Source: an uncultured Desulfarculaceae bacterium (GTDB lineage Bacteria > Desulfobacterota > Desulfocorpusculales > Desulfocorpusculum). From it: a DNA stretch of 64,000 bases. The notes below the pieces were generated by a model. That model ran no database searches and was not told the DNA's origin. It saw only the letters and a list, made by a program, of their open reading frames with translations. The position numbers and the translations under genes were made by a program. Shown here piece after piece: positions 28,999 to 39,213 of this stretch. The stretch is taken from contig CAZEPJ010000014.1 of assembly GCA_964514105.1 (NCBI GenBank), forward strand, positions 1,889 through 65,888, given 5' to 3'. Numbering within the stretch: the stretch's first letter is position 1; the number at the start of each line of letters is the position of its first letter.

Positions 28999-29253
28999 CC
29001 GACTTCGCCGGGGCCGGCATCTCGCCTCTTGGGGGAGCCGGCCCTTTCTGTCTCATTGCCCGCCATCCGCCCCGGCCCGGGGCGCACTCCCACCGGAACC
29101 TCCCCCCCCGGCGCACAACGCCCCTGCCGGAGAAGCCAAGGCCCCTGCCCCTTGCGCGCGCTCCCTCACCGGGGAGGGTATTTGAAACGGCGTGCGCCGC
29201 GGCGTAGACTTCAGGTGGCCCGCCCGCAGAAGCGGGCGCGCAGAGGTGACCCG

Positions 29254-30999
29254 GTGAAGCCGACCCTTCACGCCCCGTTTCTTCCCACCACCCGCCGTGA
29301 GATGGACGACCTCGGCTGGGACCGGTGCGATGTGGTGCTGATCAGCGGGGATGCGTACGTGGACCACCCGGCCTTTGGTGCGGCCCTCATCGGACGGTTC
29401 CTGGAAAGCCTGGGGCACCGGGTAGGGGTCATCCCTCAGCCGGACTGGAGCGACTCCCGCGCGTTCCTCGCCCTGGGGCAGCCCCGCCTCTTCGTGGGGA
29501 TCAGTTCGGGCGCCATGGACTCCATGGTCAACCATTACACCGCCATGAAGCGGCTTCGGTCCAACGACGATTACTCCGAGGGCGGGAGACCCGGCCGCCG
29601 GCCCGACCGGGCCCTCCTGGTGTACGCCAACCGGGTGCAGCAGGCCATGCCTGGGGTGCCCGTCGTCCTGGGCGGCGTCGAGGCGAGCCTGCGCAGGGTC
29701 ACCCATTACGATTTCTGGAGCGACCGGCTGCGCAAGTCCGTCCTGTTGGACGCCAAGGCCGCCATCCTGGTCTACGGCATGGGGGAGCGGGCCGTGGGCG
29801 AGATCGCCCGAAGGTTGGACGCCGGCCTGGGGCTGGAGGGGATCCGAGGGACGGCCGTGTTCCGCGACGCCTCGACGTTTGATCCCGCACAATACGCCCC
29901 TGCGGTGCGGCTCCCCTCCCACGAGGAAATCGTTGCCTCGGGCACGGCCCTCCTGGAGGCCACGCGCATCCTCGAGAAGGAGGCCAATCCGTACAACGCC
30001 AGGACCCTCGTGCAGGGGAGCGACCGGCGCGTCGTCATCCTCTTCCCGCCCGCCGCCCCGCTCGCCACGGAGGAGATGGACGCCCTGTACGCCCTCCCCT
30101 TCGCCCGCAGGCCCCATCCGCGGTACCAGGAGGAGATCCCCGCCTTCACCATGATCCGCCACTCCATCACCGCGGTCCGGGGGTGCGCCGGAGGGTGCAG
30201 CTTCTGCGCCCTGTCCCTCCACCAGGGTCGGGCCATCCAGAGCCGCTCCCGGGACTCCATCCTGACCGAGGTCCGCACATGGCAGGCGACGGGGTTCGGC
30301 GGGATCATCTCGGATGTGGGGGGTCCCACCGCCAACCTGTACGGCTTGGGCTGCAGGGACGCAGCGGCCCAGGCCCGCTGCCGCCGCAGCTCATGCCTCC
30401 ATCCGCGCATCTGCCCCAGCTTCCAGACGGACCAGGGCCGCTACGTGCGGCTGCTGCGATCCCTGCGCCACCTCGCCGGGGTGAGGCGCGTCTTCGTCTC
30501 CAGCGGCATCCGATTCGACGTGGCCCTGGAGGACCCGGAGTTCCTGGCCGAGTTGGTGGGCCATCACGTATCCGGCCACCTCAAGGTCGCCCCTGAGCAC
30601 TTCGCTCCGGACGTGCTGCGGCGCATGCGCAAGCCGCCAGCCTCCTTGTACGGAAGGTTCAGGGCGCTGTTCGAGGCTTTTTCGCGCCAAGCGGGCAAGG
30701 CCCAGTATCTGGTCCCCTACCTCATGGCGGGCTTTCCGGGTTGCACCGAGGGGGAGATGGGGGTGGTGGAGCGGGAGCTCCGCCGCCATGGCATCCGACC
30801 CCAGCAGGTGCAGCTCTTCCTGCCCACCCCCATGACTCTGGCCACGGCCATGTTCCACGCGGGGGTGGATCCCCGCACAGGGGAGGAGATCTACGTGGCG
30901 CGAACGCCCGGGGAGCGCCGGAGGCAATTGGCTCGCCTGCTGTACTATCGGGGGGCTGGGGTGCGGCATTGGCGGCCCGGGCGCGGAGCCCCTCCCTGA
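29254..30999 (+). CDS. YgiQ-family (UPF0313) radical SAM protein
   Basis: N-terminal …WDRCDVVLISGDAYVDHPAFGAA…, and the radical-SAM cluster GCAGGCSFCAL. GTG start after AGAGGTGA. Confidence 0.8.
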   Translation: MKPTLHAPFLPTTRREMDDLGWDRCDVVLISGDAYVDHPAFGAALIGRFLESLGHRVGVIPQPDWSDSRAFLALGQPRLFVGISSGAMDSMVNHYTAMKRLRSNDDYSEGGRPGRRPDRALLVYANRVQQAMPGVPVVLGGVEASLRRVTHYDFWSDRLRKSVLLDAKAAILVYGMGERAVGEIARRLDAGLGLEGIRGTAVFRDASTFDPAQYAPAVRLPSHEEIVASGTALLEATRILEKEANPYNARTLVQGSDRRVVILFPPAAPLATEEMDALYALPFARRPHPRYQEEIPAFTMIRHSITAVRGCAGGCSFCALSLHQGRAIQSRSRDSILTEVRTWQATGFGGIISDVGGPTANLYGLGCRDAAAQARCRRSSCLHPRICPSFQTDQGRYVRLLRSLRHLAGVRRVFVSSGIRFDVALEDPEFLAELVGHHVSGHLKVAPEHFAPDVLRRMRKPPASLYGRFRALFEAFSRQAGKAQYLVPYLMAGFPGCTEGEMGVVERELRRHGIRPQQVQLFLPTPMTLATAMFHAGVDPRTGEEIYVARTPGERRRQLARLLYYRGAGVRHWRPGRGAPP

Positions 31000-31071
31000 A
31001 AACCCCGGCAGGGACCGGCGGTCGCCCCGGAAACCGTCCGGGGGCCGCACCGTCCCCTTCCCCAGCGCCCG

Positions 31072-32487
31072 TCACGTTGCGAATCGCCGGTGATACCTCC
31101 ACAGGTGGGCCAGGGCCCTGGCCGCGCGGGGCACCGATGGAAAGGCCGGAATCCCCGCCCGGCAGAAGCTCGCCCTGACCGCGGCGCCCTGGGCGGCCAG
31201 GGCGGGATCCCCGCCGTCGGAGTCCACGGTGAAAACGGTGGGCTTTCTCTCAGGGCAGCCCTTCACCGCCTCGATGGTCCCGGGTGTGGGGTCGGGCATC
31301 TCCGGCATGTGAAACGCCTTTCTGCCGATGAGCCGATCCGCCATGACCATGTGAACGTTGGAGTCGGCGCCTGCCAGGTCCAGCATCTGGCCCATGACGG
31401 CGGGGTCCGCGAAGGTGAGCCAGTGATCCAGGGGGTTGCCCACGATGCTCCCGGCCCGGGGGACGCTGCGCCGCAGGGCCTCCATGCTGGCCCGGGAGAG
31501 GGGGGGGACCTCCAGGCCCTCCCGCACGCAGGCGTCGGCATGGATGACGCTGTGCCCCCCGCCTCCGCCCACCAGGAAGACCCCGGGCCCGGCCGGCGCC
31601 GGGAGAAGGGAAAACGCCAAGATGGCGTCCGCCCATTCGTCCATATCCCGGACCATGACCAACCCGCCTTGTCGGCATGCGGCATCCCACAGGCCGTGGC
31701 CGCCGGCCATGCGGCCCGTGTGGGACGAGGCGGTGGCCGCCCCGGCCGGGCTCTCCCCGCCCTTGAGCAGGATGACGGGTTTCCGGCGGCAAACCTCCCG
31801 GGCCAGGTGGTGGAATCGCCTCGGGTCGCCCGCCCCTTCCACGTACAGTGCCAGGACCCGGATCCCCGGGTCCTCGGCCATGAACGCCAGCCAGTCCGTG
31901 GCATCCAGGACGGTGGCGTTACCGATGCTCGCCGCCTTTCCCACGCCCAGCCCCAGGGAGCCGAGGTGTTCGGTCAGTCGCTGCAGGACGGCCCCGCTCT
32001 GTCCCACCACGCCCACCGGGCCGTCTTCTCCCGGCACGGCCCCCCACAGGGTCAGGCCGGAGCGCGGGCAGTACGCCCCCATGCAGTTGGGCCCGATGAC
32101 GAGCAGGCCCCGCTCCCGGGCGATGGCGGCCACGGATTCCTCCAGCCGCCGGCCCGACACCGTCCCCGTCTCGCCAAACCCGGCGGTCAGGATGTGCACA
32201 TGACGGACCCCCGCGTCCGCGCACTGCCCCAGCACGCCGGGCACATGGGCTGCCGGCACGCTCACGATGGCCAGATCGGGCACCTCGGGCAAGGCCTTCA
32301 GATCCCCGTAGGCCTTCACCCCCTGGATCTCCTCGGCCTGGGGATGAATGGGATAGACGCGGCCGGCGTATCGGCTCTGCCGGATGTAACTGAGAAAACT
32401 CGCACCCCCGAAGCGGACCTCCCCCCTGGAGACCCCGAGGATGGCGATGCTGCGAGGCTCGAAGAATCGGCTCAGATCTTGAGCCAT
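31072..32487 (-). CDS. CoA-binding protein / ADP-forming acetate-CoA ligase family
   Basis: N-terminal CoA-binding domain (…SIAILGVS…) plus succinyl-CoA-synthetase-like flavodoxin and ligase-CoA domains. 471 aa. Confidence 0.7.
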   Translation of the reverse strand: MAQDLSRFFEPRSIAILGVSRGEVRFGGASFLSYIRQSRYAGRVYPIHPQAEEIQGVKAYGDLKALPEVPDLAIVSVPAAHVPGVLGQCADAGVRHVHILTAGFGETGTVSGRRLEESVAAIARERGLLVIGPNCMGAYCPRSGLTLWGAVPGEDGPVGVVGQSGAVLQRLTEHLGSLGLGVGKAASIGNATVLDATDWLAFMAEDPGIRVLALYVEGAGDPRRFHHLAREVCRRKPVILLKGGESPAGAATASSHTGRMAGGHGLWDAACRQGGLVMVRDMDEWADAILAFSLLPAPAGPGVFLVGGGGGHSVIHADACVREGLEVPPLSRASMEALRRSVPRAGSIVGNPLDHWLTFADPAVMGQMLDLAGADSNVHMVMADRLIGRKAFHMPEMPDPTPGTIEAVKGCPERKPTVFTVDSDGGDPALAAQGAAVRASFCRAGIPAFPSVPRAARALAHLWRYHRRFAT

Positions 32488-32621
32488 GGACCCCCTCCCT
32501 TCCCTTGGGCGCTCCAGGGCCGCCCATGGGCGGCCCCTGAGGGGAACACTATAGCCACAGGAAGGCCCTTGGTCAAAGCCGCCGAACGAGGTGAACTTGC
32601 CTCCCTTGGGGGGGATTTGCT

Positions 32622-33203
32622 ATGGTGGACGCCATGACCGACGAGAAGCCGTCTGATCCCCGGCCGGGGCACGATCCCCTGGATCCCGGATACCGGTTCT
32701 GTCCCAAGTGCGGCCGAGGGTTGAATCTGGAGTCGCTCAAGGCCGAAGAGCCCAAGCGCCTGGTGTGCGCAGGATGCCGCTTCGTGTTCTACCTCGACTC
32801 CAAGGTCGCCACAGGGGCCATCTGCACCGTGGACGGGGCCGTGGTGCTCCTCAAGCGGGCCATCGACCCGGGATACGGCAAGTGGGTCTTTCCCGGCGGG
32901 TACGTGGACCGGGGGGAGACGGTGGAGGAGGCCTGCATCCGGGAGACCCGGGAGGAGGTCAACCTCCACGTGAGGATCGAGAGGCTTCTGAACGTTTACT
33001 CCTACGCGGGGCGTCCCATCATCGTCATCGTATACGTCGCCTCCGTGGTAGGCGGAGAGCTCCAGGCCGGGGACGAGACCCTGGAGGTGCGGACCTTTGC
33101 ACCCGAGGAGATCCCCTGGGAGGAGCTGGCCTTCCCCAGCACCCGCGACGCCTTGAGGGATTACGCCAAGGCCTTGGGCGTCGCCCCGGGCTGCCCGGGA
33201 TAG
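32622..33203 (+). CDS. NUDIX hydrolase with an N-terminal zinc ribbon
   Basis: CPKCG…CAGC zinc ribbon, then the Nudix box GGYVDRGETVEEACIRETREEV. Confidence 0.8.
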   Translation: MVDAMTDEKPSDPRPGHDPLDPGYRFCPKCGRGLNLESLKAEEPKRLVCAGCRFVFYLDSKVATGAICTVDGAVVLLKRAIDPGYGKWVFPGGYVDRGETVEEACIRETREEVNLHVRIERLLNVYSYAGRPIIVIVYVASVVGGELQAGDETLEVRTFAPEEIPWEELAFPSTRDALRDYAKALGVAPGCPG

Positions 33204-33225
33204 GGCCCCACGGGCCGGATGCGCC

Positions 33226-33663
33226 ATGAACGAGCGCCAATGGGACTTCTACCAGCGCCTGCGGTCGAGGATGCGGGAATGGCTCCGCAGTCAGGAGGGC
33301 TCATCCCACCAGTGGGTGGAGTACCTCATCTGGGCACCGGACCTGTTCCATCTCCTCTGCAGGCTGTCCCTGGACAAACGGGTGCCCGCCGGCGAGAAGG
33401 TCAAGCTGGCGGGCGCCATCGCGTATTTCGTCTCGCCGCTGGACCTCGTGCCCGAGGTCATCCTGGGGCCGGTGGGCTTCGTGGACGACATCGCCGTGGC
33501 GGCCTATGTCCTCCACTCGGTGGTCAACAGCACCGACGCGGAGGTCCTCAGGGAGCACTGGGCGGGGGACGAGGACGTGCTCCAGGTGATTCGATCCGTT
33601 CTGGCCGTGGCCGATCGAATGATCGGCAGTGGGTTGTGGGACAAGCTGCGGCGGCGATTTTGA
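33226..33663 (+). CDS. YkvA / DUF1232 family protein
   Basis: Core motif …AYFVSPLDLVPEVILGPVGFVDDIAV…. Confidence 0.7.
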   Translation: MNERQWDFYQRLRSRMREWLRSQEGSSHQWVEYLIWAPDLFHLLCRLSLDKRVPAGEKVKLAGAIAYFVSPLDLVPEVILGPVGFVDDIAVAAYVLHSVVNSTDAEVLREHWAGDEDVLQVIRSVLAVADRMIGSGLWDKLRRRF

Positions 33664-33688
33664 TCCCGGGGGCCGTCGCCGAGGGGCA

Positions 33689-33847
33689 ATGGCACGGATG
33701 AGGAATCTGGGCAAGGCAGAGCGCCCGGCCAGGGTGGCAGCCGGGGCCGTGCTGGCGGCGGCTGGCCTGTTCGCGCCCGGCTACTGGAAACCCAAGGTCA
33801 TGGTCGCAGGCGCGGCCACGGCCGCGAGCGGGCTCGTGGGCTTCTGA
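33689..33847 (+). CDS. Small membrane protein, DUF2892 (YgaP-like)-type
   Basis: MARMRNLGKAERPARVAAGAVLAAAGLFAPGYWKPKVMVAGAATAASGLVGF, the typical DUF2892 pattern. The ATG is chosen inside ORF 33629-33847. Confidence 0.5.
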   Translation: MARMRNLGKAERPARVAAGAVLAAAGLFAPGYWKPKVMVAGAATAASGLVGF

Positions 33848-33982
33848 CTCTGAAAGGCCATGCTGCTGAAGGTCTTGGGCAAGGACAAGCGAAGGCGTGG
33901 CACCCCGGGCATTTCCCGGGCAGGCCGGTCCCTCGTGCCCCGAGGCGGGACGGTGTGATGGGATCTCCGGGGCCCCCCCGGC

Positions 33983-34213
33983 CTAGTCGATGATCTCCAG
34001 GACCGCCCGCTTCTTCAGCTTGGAGGCCACGGCGTTCAGGATGGTCCGAATGGCCATGGCGGTGTGCCCCTGCTTCCCGATGACCTTTCCGATGTCCTCC
34101 TTGGCCACCCGCAGCTCTATGACGGATGTCGTCTCCCCGACGATCTCCGTGACATCGACCTTCTCGGGATAGTCGACCAGCGCCATGGCAATGGTCCTGA
34201 TGAGCTCTTTCAC
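33983..34213 (-). CDS. KH-domain RNA-binding protein (UPF0109/YlqC-like)
   Basis: GTG start after GGAGGTGA. …[23 protein letters not shown]…[24 protein letters not shown]…. Confidence 0.7.
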   Translation of the reverse strand: MKELIRTIAMALVDYPEKVDVTEIVGETTSVIELRVAKEDIGKVIGKQGHTAMAIRTILNAVASKLKKRAVLEIID

Positions 34214-34448
34214 GTTCACCTCCACATCCGTTTTCACGTCTCCGCGATCCCTTGTCCGCCCCAAAGCCGCCGATTCCCATGGGAACCGCAGCGCGCACAC
34301 CTCGTGAGCCCGAGCGCCCAGCCTTCCCCCTTCCCCCTCCCGGCCTTGCGCATCCGATGGGCCGATCTGAGGCCTCCTTCGGCCGTATTCCTACGGAATT
34401 AGATGCAAATACCCCAGACCCCGGCCCTTGTCAATACTCCCGACCCCG

Positions 34449-34877
34449 TCACAACCCCCGGTCCTGGGCATCGGCACACAGGCTCTCGATGGTCACGGAG
34501 TCCAGGTACTCTCCGAGGCGCCTTGCGGCCTCGTCCCACACCGGTTTGGTCACGCAATGCGGGGCCCGGTGGCACATCGCCTTCCCTCGCCCCTTCTCCC
34601 GGCACGAGACGAGGTTCCACGGCCCGTCGGTGACTCGCACCACGTCCGCCACGGTGATCTGCGATGGGTGCCGGCCCAGGAAATACCCGCCCCTGGCCCC
34701 CCTTTGGGTCCGGATGATCCCGGCGCGCCGCAGCCGCTGGAGGATCTGCTCCAGGTATCGTACCGGGATCTCCTGCCGGTCGGCGATGCGCCGGATCTGC
34801 TCGGGTTTTCCGTTGCCGTGATAGGCAAGATCGAATACCGCCCTGACGCCGTACCTCCCCCTGGTCGACAGCTTCAT
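34449..34877 (-). CDS. Rrf2-family transcriptional regulator
   Basis: MKLSTRGRYGVRAVFDLAYH… winged HTH and a Cys triad (C…C…HC) suggesting an Fe-S-sensing IscR/NsrR-like protein. RBS GGGAGGG. Confidence 0.85.
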   Translation of the reverse strand: MKLSTRGRYGVRAVFDLAYHGNGKPEQIRRIADRQEIPVRYLEQILQRLRRAGIIRTQRGARGGYFLGRHPSQITVADVVRVTDGPWNLVSCREKGRGKAMCHRAPHCVTKPVWDEAARRLGEYLDSVTIESLCADAQDRGL

Positions 34878-35380
34878 CTGCCCTCCCCCCGTTCCTGCAG
34901 TGGCGACCCCGCGTCCACGGGACCCGCGCCCGTGCGGCCAATCCAGGGGCGCGTGCCCGGCCCCCCTTCTCCGTGCGGCTGGACCGTCGAGCAGGCGGCC
35001 GGTCGTTATCCAAACAAATTGGACCACTCTTGTCAATCTCAACCGCCGTTCCGGTCCAACCCGTCCATTCCAGGTGCCAGCCCGTTGTCCCGGCGTCCTG
35101 CTCCGACGAAGAGGCGAGGAGGCGCCCACGGCAGGCCAGCAGGCCGTGAGGCTCCAAGCGGGATCGAGCGAGGCATCATGGGAGGACGACCAGGAAAGAG
35201 GGCACGGATACCGGGCAGGCGAGCCGCCACAGGGTCATTGCCCGGGCGTCGAGCCCTGGGGCCTGGGGCCCCCCTTACTTGGGCGATGCAGCGGATACCG
35301 GTTTGCCCTCCCGGGCGAGATGGATTAAGATGCTGGGGCCGCCCGCGCGTCGAGACGCCATCGAGGGCATTGGGGATTTC

Positions 35381-36637
35381 ATGGGATACCAGCTGTGGAT
35401 CGGTCTCAAGTACTTGCGTGCCAAGCGAAGGCACGCGACCATCTCGGTCGTCACCTTTTTGTCGGTCCTGGGGGTGGGGGTCGGGGTCACGGCCCTCATC
35501 GTCGTGATTTCCGTGATCAACGGCTTCGAGGAGAACCTCAAGGAGAGAATCCTTGGGCTGACGGCCCATGCCCTCGTGTTTCAGCGGGGGCAGGAGATGA
35601 AGGACTGGGGGGAGGCCCGCCGGCAACTCCTGGAGGTGCCGGGCGTGGCCGGGGCCAGCCCCTTCATCGTCCGCGAGGTGATCCTCCAGGGAGCGACCAA
35701 GAGCGTGCAGGCGGTCATTCGCGCCGTGGACCCCCAGACCGTGGAAACCGTCATCCCGTTGGCCAAGATCCTTCAGGCGGGTCGCCTGTCCGATCTGAAT
35801 CCGCCCGACGGGGGCGACTATCCCGGGATCATCCTGGGCAAGGAACTCCTGAGAGAACTGGGGGCCGCCGTGGGCGACACGGTGGTCCTCGTTTCCCCCG
35901 AGGGCACTCTCACCCCATGGGGAAACCTTCCCAAATGGAAGCGGTTTCAGGTCAAGGGGTTTTTCGATGCGGGCTACTGGGACTTCGACTCCAAGGTGGG
36001 CCATATCTCCATCGCCGTGGCCCAGGATCTCTTTGAGATCCACGACCGGGTCACCGGGATCGAGCTGCGAATGCCCGACATCTACGCCGCTCCGCGGGTA
36101 CGCTTGAAGATTCACCAATCTCCCCTGGGCGCGAACTTCATCGTCCAGGACTGGACCCAGCTCAACCGCAACATCATGATCGCCCTGTCCATGCAGAAAC
36201 GGGTCATCTTCATCATCCTGCTGTGCATCGTGGGCGTGGCGGCGCTGCTCATCATCAGCATCCTGGTCATGATGGTGATGGAGAAGCAGAAGGAGATCGC
36301 CGTGCTCAAGGCCATGGGGGCCCGCTCCATGCACATCCTGTGCATCTTCGTCTGCCAGGGGCTCCTCATCGGGTCCGCGGGCACGGTCCTGGGATGCCTC
36401 GGAGGACTTCTCATCTCCTGGAATCTGGAGTGGATCGTCGGCGCCCTGGAACGAGCCCTGGACGTGCGCTTCCTCCCCGAGGACGTGTACTACGTGGGAC
36501 AGTTGACGTCCCGGGTCAGCCCGGCCGACCTGGGAATCATCGTGGTCGTCACCCTGCTTATCAGCGTGACCGCGAGCCTCTATCCGTCATGGCGCGCCTC
36601 CCGCCTGGACCCCGTGGAGGGGTTGCGGTACGAATGA
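35381..36637 (+). CDS. lolE: Lipoprotein-releasing system permease, LolC/LolE family (FtsX-like)
   Basis: Begins MGYQLWIGLKYLRAKRRHATISVVT. Four TM helices, a large periplasmic MacB-like domain, and the C-terminal FtsX motif. No lolD is adjacent. Confidence 0.8.
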   Translation: MGYQLWIGLKYLRAKRRHATISVVTFLSVLGVGVGVTALIVVISVINGFEENLKERILGLTAHALVFQRGQEMKDWGEARRQLLEVPGVAGASPFIVREVILQGATKSVQAVIRAVDPQTVETVIPLAKILQAGRLSDLNPPDGGDYPGIILGKELLRELGAAVGDTVVLVSPEGTLTPWGNLPKWKRFQVKGFFDAGYWDFDSKVGHISIAVAQDLFEIHDRVTGIELRMPDIYAAPRVRLKIHQSPLGANFIVQDWTQLNRNIMIALSMQKRVIFIILLCIVGVAALLIISILVMMVMEKQKEIAVLKAMGARSMHILCIFVCQGLLIGSAGTVLGCLGGLLISWNLEWIVGALERALDVRFLPEDVYYVGQLTSRVSPADLGIIVVVTLLISVTASLYPSWRASRLDPVEGLRYE

Positions 36638-36747
36638 GCCGGGGTCCCTGCCATCTTGACAACGCCTCAGTCATTTCATAGGCTCTTACCGCGTGCTGCC
36701 CCGACGATTCATTTCGGGCCGAGACTTGGCCGCGCACGGGTGCCCAG

Positions 36748-37236
36748 ATGACTGAGAACCGACGCAAGGAGATTCGCCGGGAGACGGACCGGGTCCTCGA
36801 CAAGCTCCTGGAGACCCTTCAGGTGGTGGAGAAGATCTCCAGGGGTGAGCAGGCCGACTTCACGGAGGCCTATGCCGACCTGGTCGGCCTCAAGAACCAG
36901 CTCGGCAGGCGGGAGGTGGACCGGCGAATCGGAGATGCCCTCTGCGCCACCATCGGCGCCATCGCGTCCAATATCGGCCACCCCGGGGAGACCAAGGAGC
37001 AACCTGCCGAGGAGCGATTGAGGCGCGTCCGCCTCACCAAGGTGAGCGGAGGCAAAGGCCACGCCACCATCGCCGGATGGGAGGAAGCGCCCCCGGAGGT
37101 GGGAAAGAGCTACCGGGTGTTTCAGGAAAACGGCAGCGTGGTGCGCACCTCCCCCATCACCCGTGTCTCGGAAGGGTTCGTTCAGACCCGCAACTCATTG
37201 TACCAACTGGAGATCCTTGGAGAGCAGACGGCGTGA
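36748..37236 (+). CDS. Hypothetical protein, second member of the conserved C-terminal-domain family
   Basis: Charged N-terminal region. The C-terminus (…RRVRLTKVSGGKGHATIAGWEE…SYRVFQENGSVVRTSPITRVSEGFVQTRNSLYQLEIL) aligns with the ORFs at 6073 and 47559. Confidence 0.5.
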   Translation: MTENRRKEIRRETDRVLDKLLETLQVVEKISRGEQADFTEAYADLVGLKNQLGRREVDRRIGDALCATIGAIASNIGHPGETKEQPAEERLRRVRLTKVSGGKGHATIAGWEEAPPEVGKSYRVFQENGSVVRTSPITRVSEGFVQTRNSLYQLEILGEQTA

Positions 37237-37262
37237 CCCCGCCGCGGTGCGGGCGCTCGCCA

Positions 37263-38312
37263 TCAGCCCGCCGCCGGTCGGTCCTTGAGGGACATCAGGG
37301 CCAGGGCGTTCTCCAGGGGCACGGACTTGGGGAAATCGCATCCCACGGTCAGGACGAACCCGCCGGCATCCCCCCACGCGCGGACGCAGTCCCGGGCCTC
37401 GGCCTCCACCTCCTGCGGCGTCCCCGAGAGGAAGGCCCCCGTGGGCGATACGTTGCCCGCCACGCAAACCTTTCCGCCCAGGACCCGGCGCGCCAGCCCC
37501 AGATCCACCTTGGACTCCAGGCTGAAGCAATCGGGGGCCATCTCCAGGACATCCCCCAGGATCCGCCCCGTGTCCCCGCAGATGTGCATGGAGCAGTGCT
37601 TCCCCCTGGCCTTCACCCTGTGGCACAACGCCTGAAGATGGGGTTTGGCCACAGTCCTGAAAGTCTGGGGCGAGATCAGGTCGCCCGAGGCCACGGGGTC
37701 GGAGAAGTTCACCCCCGCGATGTCCGGATGATCCAGGATGGGCTCCACCATGCCCCAGAGAAACTCGGTGCACACGGACAGCAGCCTCCCCAACCCATCG
37801 GGATCCTCCAAGGTCGCCATCATCACCGCGTCCGTGCCGGCGATGCGCGCCGCCGTGGTCAGGGGGCCCCATTGGGTAGGCAGGATCATGGCGTCCCTGC
37901 CGATGGCGTCCGCCACCAGGTGATGGGCCTCCGTGAGGCGTCCCATGAGGGGATGGCCCAGGGCCTGGTCCGGAGCAAGGCGGTCCACCTTTCCGACGGC
38001 CGGGATGGCCGGGCCCAGAAGGCGGGGTGTGTCCGATGATCGGTCCTCGATGGGGCAGCCCAGGAGGTGGGCCGGATAGTTGAGGAAGCCGGCGCCCGTC
38101 CAGATCAGGTCGTGGCCCAGTCGTTCATGGGCCTTCACGAACACCGCTGCCATCTCCCGGGGGTCCCGGACGATCTCGGCAAAGGTCTTTCGGGCTTGAT
38201 GGACGTACCACTCCCCCCCGGCGATGAGGGTCACGGGCACCCTCGGAGGCCGACGGCCGGCAAAGGCTTCGGCAACCACATCCTTCCCGCACATGGTCGA
38301 CGCACTACCCAT
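37263..38312 (-). CDS. Uroporphyrinogen decarboxylase (URO-D) family protein, MtaA/CmuA-like methyltransferase type
   Basis: URO-D family motifs (…FLNYPAH…, …SDPVASGDLISP…, …MHICGD…). Confidence 0.8.
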   Translation of the reverse strand: MGSASTMCGKDVVAEAFAGRRPPRVPVTLIAGGEWYVHQARKTFAEIVRDPREMAAVFVKAHERLGHDLIWTGAGFLNYPAHLLGCPIEDRSSDTPRLLGPAIPAVGKVDRLAPDQALGHPLMGRLTEAHHLVADAIGRDAMILPTQWGPLTTAARIAGTDAVMMATLEDPDGLGRLLSVCTEFLWGMVEPILDHPDIAGVNFSDPVASGDLISPQTFRTVAKPHLQALCHRVKARGKHCSMHICGDTGRILGDVLEMAPDCFSLESKVDLGLARRVLGGKVCVAGNVSPTGAFLSGTPQEVEAEARDCVRAWGDAGGFVLTVGCDFPKSVPLENALALMSLKDRPAAG

Positions 38313-38336
38313 TCAGCTTGTCCCCCCAACGGCCTG

Positions 38337-38376
38337 AAAAAAAAAACAGGGAAACCCATCATGGATTTCCCAGCAC
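38337..38376 (-). terminator. Rho-independent terminator after ssrA on the minus strand
   Basis: On the minus strand GGGAAA-N11-TTTCCC followed by T10 (plus-strand A10 at 38337-38346), directly after the tmRNA 3' CCA. Confidence 0.5.
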
Positions 38377-38387
38377 CGCTTTGAGGT

Positions 38388-38739
38388 TGGTGGAGGCGGC
38401 GGGAGTCGAACCCGCGTCCGGAAACCTTCAGCCAAGGCATCTACATACATAGCTCCTGTTTTGATCTCACCCGCCTCGGCTCCCAGGAGCAGGATCCTCG
38501 GCGGGCCAGCCTACTTGAATCTCGCCGCATCCCCTGCAGGCGTCAGGGATTTGGCCATCCCGCTGTTCGACGTCCTGTCCGGCCCCGCGGGCTGAACCGG
38601 AAGGACGTGGCCTTAAGCGGCCAGGGCGTAGTCGTAGTTGTCGGCGACTAACTTTGAGCCCTATCTGTTTAACGAGGGGATAGGAACCTCGGCATGCAGC
38701 CTTGACCTCAACTGTCCCCGTCGAAACCTTTTCGCCCCC
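38388..38739 (-). ncRNA. ssrA: tmRNA (ssrA, transfer-messenger RNA)
   Basis: The 5' end GGGGGCGAAAAGGTTTCGACGGGG and the 3' end …GGACGCGGGTTCGACTCCCGCCGCCTCCACCA (T-arm, acceptor stem with G3:U, CCA). Internal tag ORF AGUC|GCC GAC AAC TAC GAC TAC GCC CTG GCC GCT TAA, giving tag ADNYDYALAA. Length 352 nt. Confidence 0.85.
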
Positions 38740-38768
38740 CTTGGTTGAAGAAAACCACGCCCGATTTC

Positions 38769-38798
38769 ACTATAGCACTTGCCCCGGCCCGCCGACAA
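38769..38798 (-). promoter_or_regulatory. Candidate sigma70 promoter for ssrA (TTGTCG-18-TATAGT)
   Basis: The -10 TATAGT ends ~30 nt upstream of the mature tmRNA 5' end, consistent with a short RNase-P-processed leader. Confidence 0.35.
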
Positions 38799-39213
38799 GC
38801 CCAACCGCATTTGCGCTCCTGTCCATTTCGTCACGGGCGGCAAACAGGCTGCGGCAGCCCGATCTGCCTTCGTTTCACACCGCGGCGATCACCCTCTTGC
38901 CGCTCCCATGGGGGGGATGCTCGCCCTCCCGCGGCAAGGGAAACTGCCTGCTCGCCGGAAATGCATGTCTCATGGCTCTGCTGGGGAAGCAGGAGTCGGG
39001 GACCAAGGGCTCCCACCCCTTGCTGAAGGGTTGCCTCCGCTCTGGCACGCCTGTGTCTTATTGGTGAGTTGAGGTCAGAAAACGACATCGGCGGACATGC
39101 GACATAAGATGTTGTTATCAAAAGAACAAAAACTGGTCAAACCGTCATCAGCCAGAAGGCCTTCGTTACCATTATGTTATATCAACGACAATATTGGCCA
39201 AAGGAGGAGGCAG

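Noticed and set aside
38388-39213. Genomic island or prophage integrated at ssrA
   Set aside because: No integrase, excisionase or recombinase-like ORF, and no duplicated ssrA 3' end, was found on either flank within the window.
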